A stretch of DNA of 64,000 bases from NCBI GenBank assembly GCA_049840735.1, contig JASGJN010000013.1:736001-800000 (forward strand), in the 5' to 3' direction. Numbering within the stretch: position 1 is the first letter of the stretch; the number at the start of each line of letters is the position of its first letter. A program made the position numbers and the translations under genes. This document shows, one piece after another, positions 57,827 to 64,000 of the stretch. The notes beneath the pieces were generated by a model, which searched no databases, was not told the origin of the DNA, and saw only the letters and a program-made list of their open reading frames with translations. This stretch comes from Anaeromyxobacter sp. (GTDB taxonomy: Bacteria > Myxococcota > Myxococcia > Myxococcales > Anaeromyxobacteraceae).

Positions 57827-58599
57827 AGAAGATCGCCGCCATCGCAGCCGTCACCCTCCGCGAGGCCCTCCGCCAGAAGCTGGCGGTGAACCTGCTGATC
57901 TTCGCGCTGGCCCTGGTGATCGCGTCGCTCACGCTCTCGCAGCTCACCTTCGGCGAGCAGTACCGGATCATCGTCGACATCGCTCTCAGCGCCATGGAGG
58001 TGTTCGGGACGCTGATCGCCGCGTTCCTGGGCGCCGGGCTGATCGCCCGCGAGGTCGAGCGCCGCACCGTCTACCCCATCATCAGCAAGCCGGTGTCCCG
58101 CGCCGGCTACGTGCTGGGCCGGTACGCCGGGCTGGTGACCACCACCACGCTCAACCTGGCGGTGATGGCGGTGGTGTTCGCCGCCGTGCTGGCGATGTAC
58201 GTGCGCAACCTGGACTTCCTGGGCGACTCGCCCTTCCTGGTCGTGCTGCTCGCCATGGCGGTCCAGTTCGCCATGGTGGCGGCGGTGGCCACCTTCTTCT
58301 CCTGCTTCACGACCTCCACGCTGTCCGCCATCTTCACGCTCAGCCTGGTGGTGGCCGGCCACGTGGCCACCGACCTGATCCGCTACTGGCCGCGCGAGGG
58401 GGCCTGGAGCGGCCTGGCCGGGAAGGCGGTGTACGTGCTGGTGCCGAACCTCGAGGCGCTCAACCTCAAGGAGGCCATGGTCTACAAGGACGCCATCCCG
58501 CCCGACTTCGCCCTGACCGGCCTCGGCTACGGCCTGCTCTACTCGGCGGCGGTGGTGCTGCTGGGGTGCGCGATCTTCACCCGCCGCGACCTGCGCTGA
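57823..58599 (+). CDS. pilI: PilI-like ABC-2 permease
   Basis: TLREALRQK, REVERRTVYPIISKPVSR, six TM helices and terminal FTRRDLR. Confidence 0.8.
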   Translation: MKKIAAIAAVTLREALRQKLAVNLLIFALALVIASLTLSQLTFGEQYRIIVDIALSAMEVFGTLIAAFLGAGLIAREVERRTVYPIISKPVSRAGYVLGRYAGLVTTTTLNLAVMAVVFAAVLAMYVRNLDFLGDSPFLVVLLAMAVQFAMVAAVATFFSCFTTSTLSAIFTLSLVVAGHVATDLIRYWPREGAWSGLAGKAVYVLVPNLEALNLKEAMVYKDAIPPDFALTGLGYGLLYSAAVVLLGCAIFTRRDLR

Positions 58600-58771
58600 G
58601 CCGCCCCGGCGGCCGGGGCGGCGGCAGGCGCCCACCCGCGCCGACATGCAAGCCGTTGCGGACTGCGCAAGGCCCAGCGTGCAAGGGCCGCTCACGCGGC
58701 AGCGAACCCTCCGGAAGACGGGCACTTGCCCGCTCCAGGCGCGGGCGCGCCGCTTGCTTCGGGAGGAGACC

Positions 58772-59470
58772 GTGCGAACGAAACGCGGCTTCACGCTGAT
58801 CGAGGTGGCCACCGTCCTGGCGATAGCGGTGGTGCTGGCCACGCTTGCCTACACGTCGCTGCGGCGGTCGCGCCCGCGCGCCGACCTCCTCCGCACCGCC
58901 GTGGAGCTGCGGTCGCTGGTGGCCGGCGCGCGCCAGCAGGCGCTCCTGAGCGGGCGCTCGGTGGCGGTGCTGATCTTCCCGGACCACGCCAACCCCGAGG
59001 ACGGCAAGGGTCGGGTCATCGTGGTGGAGGACCCGCGCGCGCAGCTGTTCCTGGACTCGGCCCCGCTCAACTTCGGCGACACCTACGACCCGGCCACCCC
59101 GGCCGCGCCCGACGGCGGCGAGCTCTTCCAGACCATGGACCTGCCGCACGGGGTGGTGGTCGGCCCGGTCGGTGGGCTGGGGGCCGCGCTGCCCGCGCCG
59201 GACGCCTCCATCCCCGACGACACCGCCTGCACCTTCTGCAGCACCAGCGGCGACCATCGCGGCGCCATCGTCTTCGACGGGCGGGGGCGCGCCCGCTTCT
59301 ACTCCGACAACGGCGCCGCGCTGGACGTGGCGGGCGGCACCCTCTCCGTCACCTCCACCGACCTGGCCACCATCGTGGACGAGGCCACCCAGGCCGTCGA
59401 GGCCGGGCCGGCCACCGGCCTGGTGATCCGGGCCGCATCCGGCTCGCTCCGCACCGTCACCCGAGGCTGA
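58772..59470 (+). CDS. fimU: Minor pilin, FimU/FimT-like
   Basis: KRG/FTLIEVATVL, ARQQAL and IVFDGRG. Confidence 0.8.
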   Translation: MRTKRGFTLIEVATVLAIAVVLATLAYTSLRRSRPRADLLRTAVELRSLVAGARQQALLSGRSVAVLIFPDHANPEDGKGRVIVVEDPRAQLFLDSAPLNFGDTYDPATPAAPDGGELFQTMDLPHGVVVGPVGGLGAALPAPDASIPDDTACTFCSTSGDHRGAIVFDGRGRARFYSDNGAALDVAGGTLSVTSTDLATIVDEATQAVEAGPATGLVIRAASGSLRTVTRG

Positions 59471-59479
59471 GGCCCCGCC

Positions 59480-60006
59480 ATGCGCCCATCCCTTCCCCCC
59501 GCGGCGTCACGCTGATCGAGAACATGGTCGCCCTCGCGGTCCTGATGCTGGGAGCGCTCGGCCTGATCGGCATGAGCACCCAGGCCGTGCGCCTCAACCA
59601 GGACGGCCGGCGCGTCACCCGCGCCACCGCCATCGCGCAGGACATGCTCTCCCAGATCCAGCTCTGGGAGTACGCCGACGCGCGCCTGTCCAACTCGAAC
59701 ACCACCAACGACGCCGACATCGCCGACTCGGCCCTGGCCTTCGAGGGCACGAACACCCTCCCCTACGACCACGCCGAGGCCGACCTGACCGACGGCGGCC
59801 TGGTCTTCAACGGGATCCCGCAGAGCCAGCTGGGGACGGAGTTCGAGCGCTACTGGAACATCTCCACGCCGGACGACGACAACGCCAACGGCACCCCGGA
59901 CGGCATGCGCATCGCGGTGGTGGTGCGGTGGAGGCAGGGGAACGGCTTCCGCCGCATCGTCCTCCACACCGCGAAGATCAACCCCGACCCGGCGGAGCGC
60001 CTGTGA
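59480..60006 (+). CDS. pilV: Minor pilin, PilV-like; probable homopolymer indel just after the ATG
   Basis: RG/VTLIENMVALAVL, FERYWNI and IAVVVRW. Confidence 0.78.
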
Positions 60007-61230
60007 CCCGCCGCGCCCACGGCTTCTCGCTGATCGAGCTGCTGGTCGCCTCCGCCGTCTCTGCGGTGGTGATCGCCGGCGCGCTGACCATCCTGGTGAC
60101 GCAGCAGAAGACCTTCCGCTCCACCGCCGACGAGCGCGCCATGCAGGAGGCAGCCCGGGTGGCGCTTGGGGAGATCACCGGCAACCTGCAGCTGGCCGGC
60201 TACGGCCTCGATCCGGGGGAGGCCTTCGACTTCGGCGAGGCCACCTCCCCGCAGGACCGGGCCCCGCTGGCGGCCGGCGAGACGGCGGTGACGTTCGGCG
60301 GCTACCAGTGCAGGACGCCGGTGGAGTGCCGCGACAAGGTGGACGGGCCGGACGAGGTGGTCTTCCACTCCCGCGATCCGGGCTTCGGCCACTCGCTCAC
60401 CTCGGCCAGCACCGACACGCTGGTGATGACCGGGCCGCTCACCTCGCCGCTGGAGGCCGGGCAGCTGCTGCAGGCCATGTGCTACGGCGACGACATGGTC
60501 TGGGCCTACGTCACGGTGGGTGCCCGGGTGGACGCGACGGAGGACCCCAGCGTGAAGATCCCGCTGCGCAACGGGGACGGGACGCGCTTCGGCCTCCAGA
60601 ACGACTTCCTGGCCAACTCCTGCTTCACCGGCACGGCGCGGGTCTTCAAGAATCGACCGGTACCGCTACTACGTGGCGGGCTACACCGAGGGCGGCGCGG
60701 AGGTGGCCTGGAATGCGGCCGGTGCCCGCCCCTACCTGATGCTCGACCAGGGGCTGGTGGACGCGGCCGGGACGCCCATCCACACGCCCATCGCGGCCGA
60801 CGTCGAGGACCTGCAGCTCGCCTACGTGTACCCGCTGGCCGCCGCGGCCGCCCAGGTCCGCGGCGCAACCGAGAACACGCAGCTCACCAACACGGCGGCG
60901 GGGATCGACCTGGCCCCGTCCACCATCCCTTCCATCCCGCTGTACAGCACCGAGCGGCTGGCGGTGGCCCGCACCTCCGGCCACCCCTCCAACGTGCGCG
61001 CGGTGCGGGTGGCGGTGGTGATCCGCTCCGCCGAGGCCCTCGACCCCGCCGACGCCGGCGTGGTCCCGGCCTCGGGCAACCGGCCGGCCGTGGACAGCCG
61101 GCGCGGCTACCGCAGGTCCCTGTTCCAGACCAGCATCGGCGTCCCCAACCTCGAGTCCCGCGGCCCGGTCTTCCCGGCCTGGGGCGATCCGAAGGACCCG
61201 GACAACCAGCTCAACGTCGGTGGAGGATAA
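60003..61230 (+). CDS. pilW: Minor pilin, PilW-like; frameshift near 60652
   Basis: HG/FSLIELLVA, LQLAGYG, IAADVEDLQLAY and VRAVRVAVVIRS. Confidence 0.82.
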
Positions 61231-61235
61231 CCCCC

Positions 61236-61730
61236 ATGATGCGCCATCCGCGCGGCAGCGCGCTCATCCTCGCCATCGTCGTCCTGCTGGTGATCGCCGT
61301 CATCGGCGCCGGCATGCTCCGCTTCGCCGCCCGCGAGGTGGCCGGCGCCACCGCCGCGGCCCGCACCGAGGCGCTCGACGCCTGCGCCGAGGCGGGGCGC
61401 CAGGTCATCATGTCCAAGTTCCGCGCCGTGGGCACCTCGCCCACCTCGCTGCCCGTGCTCAACGTGAAGCTGGACCAGGGCGGCTCGGTCCAGGTGATCG
61501 GCGGGCACTTCGACACCGACGACGTCCAGATCTCGCAGGTGACCTACCTGCCCGACGCCGCCTTCGGCGTGGACCGCGGCAGCGTCCAGACGCTCACCAA
61601 CCGCATCACCGTCTCCGGCCTCGGCTCCAAGCCGATCAAGGCCATCGTCCACTGCCAGGTGGGCGGTGACGGCACGCCCGGGTCGGGCCGCCAGCTCGAG
61701 ATCGAGTACGGCCTGCGGTTCGGCATCTAG
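61236..61730 (+). CDS. pilX: Minor pilin, PilX-like
   Basis: RG/SALILAIVVLLVI without Glu5, and CAEAG. Confidence 0.78.
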   Translation: MMRHPRGSALILAIVVLLVIAVIGAGMLRFAAREVAGATAAARTEALDACAEAGRQVIMSKFRAVGTSPTSLPVLNVKLDQGGSVQVIGGHFDTDDVQISQVTYLPDAAFGVDRGSVQTLTNRITVSGLGSKPIKAIVHCQVGGDGTPGSGRQLEIEYGLRFGI

Positions 61731-61741
61731 GGAGGACCTCC

Positions 61742-64000
61742 ATGCGCCTTCGCCCCCATCACCTGTCCATCGCGCTGCTCACGCTGGTCGTCCTCGCCTC
61801 GCTGCCGCTCCGCTCGGACGGCGCCGGCGAGTGCTGCAACGTCACCACCTCCACCGCCAGCATGGTCAACAACCCGACCGCCGGCGACGAGGTGTTCTTC
61901 AAGCTGCCCAACGGCCCCACCAACATCATGTTCCTGCTGGACACGTCGGGGTCCATGGACAACTTCGTCCAGTGCACCGACGACAACGGCTGGGGGGACC
62001 TCAGCAACGGCTCCAAGTGTTCCTGGCCCACCAGCGCCGAGCTGGCCACGCCCAGCAACGGCGGCATGAAGGTGAACGGCACCTGCACCTTCAACGCCGC
62101 CACCAGCGCCCTGGCCTGGATGTACCTCAAGGACTCCACGACCGGCATGGCGGTGACGTCGGCCTCCGCGCCGGACCTGGTGGACCCGGGCCACGGCACG
62201 GTCAGCGTCTACGGCGCGTCCGCCCTCACCGACAGCCCGGCCTGGGGCACCGGCTGCACCGGCAACGGCTGCCTCTTCAAGAAGACCGGCTACTACTTCG
62301 ACGGCTCGTGGACCCAGACCGGCGCCACCGACTCCGGCGACTGCAACCTCAAGTCGAGCGCCACCTCGACCACGGTGGTCAGGGACCGCAACAACGTCAC
62401 CGTGGGCCCGGACGCCACCGCCTGCAAGACCTGCCTCGACTCCAAGGGCTTCTACTTCTACCGGTACACCTACGAGACCCTCGATAGCCGCGGCCGCGTC
62501 GTCTACAACACCGGCCAGCGCGTGGTCTTCGCCGGGTGGTGGATGAACGCCAACCCGCCCAAGTTCATGACCGCCCGCAAGGCCATCAAGGACATCGCCT
62601 GGATGGACCCGATCGCCGACGCGAACAACCTGCCCAACATGTACCGGGCGCGCATGGGGTTGTCGCTGCTGACGCCGGACTCCAGCAGCCGGCGCATCGT
62701 GGTGCCCCTGGGGCCGGGCAAGACCGACTCCTACCCGGTCAACGTCTCGGCCATGGTCAAGGCCCGCCAGGTGATCCTGGACGCGCTGAACCGCGTCTGG
62801 CCGACCGGCGTGACGGTGCCGGCCCTGAACAGCGGCAGCACCCCGTTGGCGCCGGCCCTGGCGCAGGTGGGCCAGTACTTCACCAACGGCGGCCGCTACA
62901 CCACGCTGCTCGGCGCCAGCTACGAGCTCACGCAGTTCGTGGAGAGCACCGCCGGCATCATGAAGGCCTCCTGGGCCGGGACCACCGCCCAGTGCTCCGT
63001 CTGCTGGGGCTGCCAGAACAGCGCCGTGGTGATCCTGACCGACGGCTCGCCCAACACCGAGGGTGACACCCCCACCGCGATGCGGACCTACGCCGAGGCG
63101 GCATACGCCAACGTCTGCGGCGCCAAGGCCTCCGGCTATCCCAACTGCAGGTCCCCCTCGCTCGGCGCGGCCACCTACCTCCCGCGCGTGGCCGCCTGGC
63201 TGAAGGACACGGACCTCCGGACCGACCTGGCGGTGAGCGATCCGCAGAGCGTCACCACCAGCCTCATCGGCTTCGGCATCAAGTCCAACTTCGACGCCTC
63301 CTACCCCACGCTCTGGAAGATCCTCACCGCCACCGCGGCGCTGGGCGGCGGCAAGGCCTATGACGCCACCACGCCCAAGGACCTCTCGGACCAGCTCACC
63401 CAGGCCGTGAACGACGTGGTGGAGCGGTCCAACTCCTTCTCCGCCCCGGCCGCCAGCTCGCTCTCCACCATCCACACGGCCGCGTCCGAGGCCTTCATCA
63501 CCCGGTTCAAGCCCAACGACACGGCCGCCTGGGAAGGCCACGTCTTCCAGGGGCTGCTCTTCGACGAGTTCCTGAACGGCTGTGACCCCACCAAGACGCC
63601 GGGCAGCCAGACCCCGGTCAAGTGCCAGGGCAAGACCGTCCAGCCCAACTTCAACGGCAACTCCGACAAGGACGGCTTCAACATCTGCTCGGACGTCTTC
63701 CTGGTGGACCAGGACTGCGACGAGGTGGTGGAGGACGTGAAGACCGGCGAGTTCCTGAAGAAGGGCGCCGTCACCAAGACCTCCGCCAACCTGATCTGGG
63801 ACGCCGGCGAGGTGCTGTCGAACCCCGCCAAGACGGGCTACCGCAGCGCCGTCACCGGCGCGACCAACAGCCGGAAGATCTGGACCTACGTGAACGGCGG
63901 CAAGGTCTCGGTCGAGCCGGCCAACGCGGCCACGCTGGCCCCGTTCATGAGCCTCACCAAGGAGTACTGCGTCAACCTCTGGCCCAGCGCCAAGCTGTGC
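61742..64000 (+). CDS. pilY1: PilY1 tip adhesin, truncated by the window end
   Basis: GGAGG RBS, signal peptide, vWA MIDAS NIMFLLDTSGSM, TPLAPAL, VILTDGSPN, Cys-rich segments, WEGHV and WDAGEVL. The frame stays open to 64000. Confidence 0.88.
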   Translation, partial: MRLRPHHLSIALLTLVVLASLPLRSDGAGECCNVTTSTASMVNNPTAGDEVFFKLPNGPTNIMFLLDTSGSMDNFVQCTDDNGWGDLSNGSKCSWPTSAELATPSNGGMKVNGTCTFNAATSALAWMYLKDSTTGMAVTSASAPDLVDPGHGTVSVYGASALTDSPAWGTGCTGNGCLFKKTGYYFDGSWTQTGATDSGDCNLKSSATSTTVVRDRNNVTVGPDATACKTCLDSKGFYFYRYTYETLDSRGRVVYNTGQRVVFAGWWMNANPPKFMTARKAIKDIAWMDPIADANNLPNMYRARMGLSLLTPDSSSRRIVVPLGPGKTDSYPVNVSAMVKARQVILDALNRVWPTGVTVPALNSGSTPLAPALAQVGQYFTNGGRYTTLLGASYELTQFVESTAGIMKASWAGTTAQCSVCWGCQNSAVVILTDGSPNTEGDTPTAMRTYAEAAYANVCGAKASGYPNCRSPSLGAATYLPRVAAWLKDTDLRTDLAVSDPQSVTTSLIGFGIKSNFDASYPTLWKILTATAALGGGKAYDATTPKDLSDQLTQAVNDVVERSNSFSAPAASSLSTIHTAASEAFITRFKPNDTAAWEGHVFQGLLFDEFLNGCDPTKTPGSQTPVKCQGKTVQPNFNGNSDKDGFNICSDVFLVDQDCDEVVEDVKTGEFLKKGAVTKTSANLIWDAGEVLSNPAKTGYRSAVTGATNSRKIWTYVNGGKVSVEPANAATLAPFMSLTKEYCVNLWPSAKLC

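Noticed and set aside
61727..63541. 604-aa minus-strand ORF
   Set aside because: It is the antisense shadow of pilY1, which is missing from the ORF track only because it runs off the window.

Overview
A very GC-rich (about 75% by eye) chromosomal region from a myxobacterium; gene content and protein sequences point to an Anaeromyxobacter-like member of Myxococcota. In order: a broken transposase mosaic (IS481-like DDE fragment fused into an IS66 tnpC), an alpha/beta hydrolase, an MCP, smc, ftsY, HAD/GNAT/GT2 genes, ctpA-envC-ftsX-ftsE, a romY-like polarity gene, murI, a sigma54-driven lipoprotein, tolQRAB, ppx, a methyltransferase and an mtnX-like phosphatase. Next come an inserted HNH endonuclease unit, Omp85/TamB, an ExeA-like ATPase, an sgmX-like TPR gene, accC/accB, efp and an mglC-like roadblock gene. 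The window ends in a large type IVa pilus locus: pilQPONM, an HTH gene, pilR2/pilS2, pilD and pilH, then divergent pilA, pilG, pilI, fimU, pilV, pilW, pilX and a truncated pilY1. Three signals stand out. (1) A small palindromic REP-like element occurs intergenically with covarying stems and twice in frame inside pilQ. (2) An HNH nuclease insertion carries a hairpin-rich leader of about 315 bp. (3) Many apparent frameshifts and substitutions fall on GATC, which suggests long-read errors caused by a GATC DNA modification rather than true pseudogenes. Gene names rest on motif recognition and recalled synteny with Myxococcus; no database search was run.
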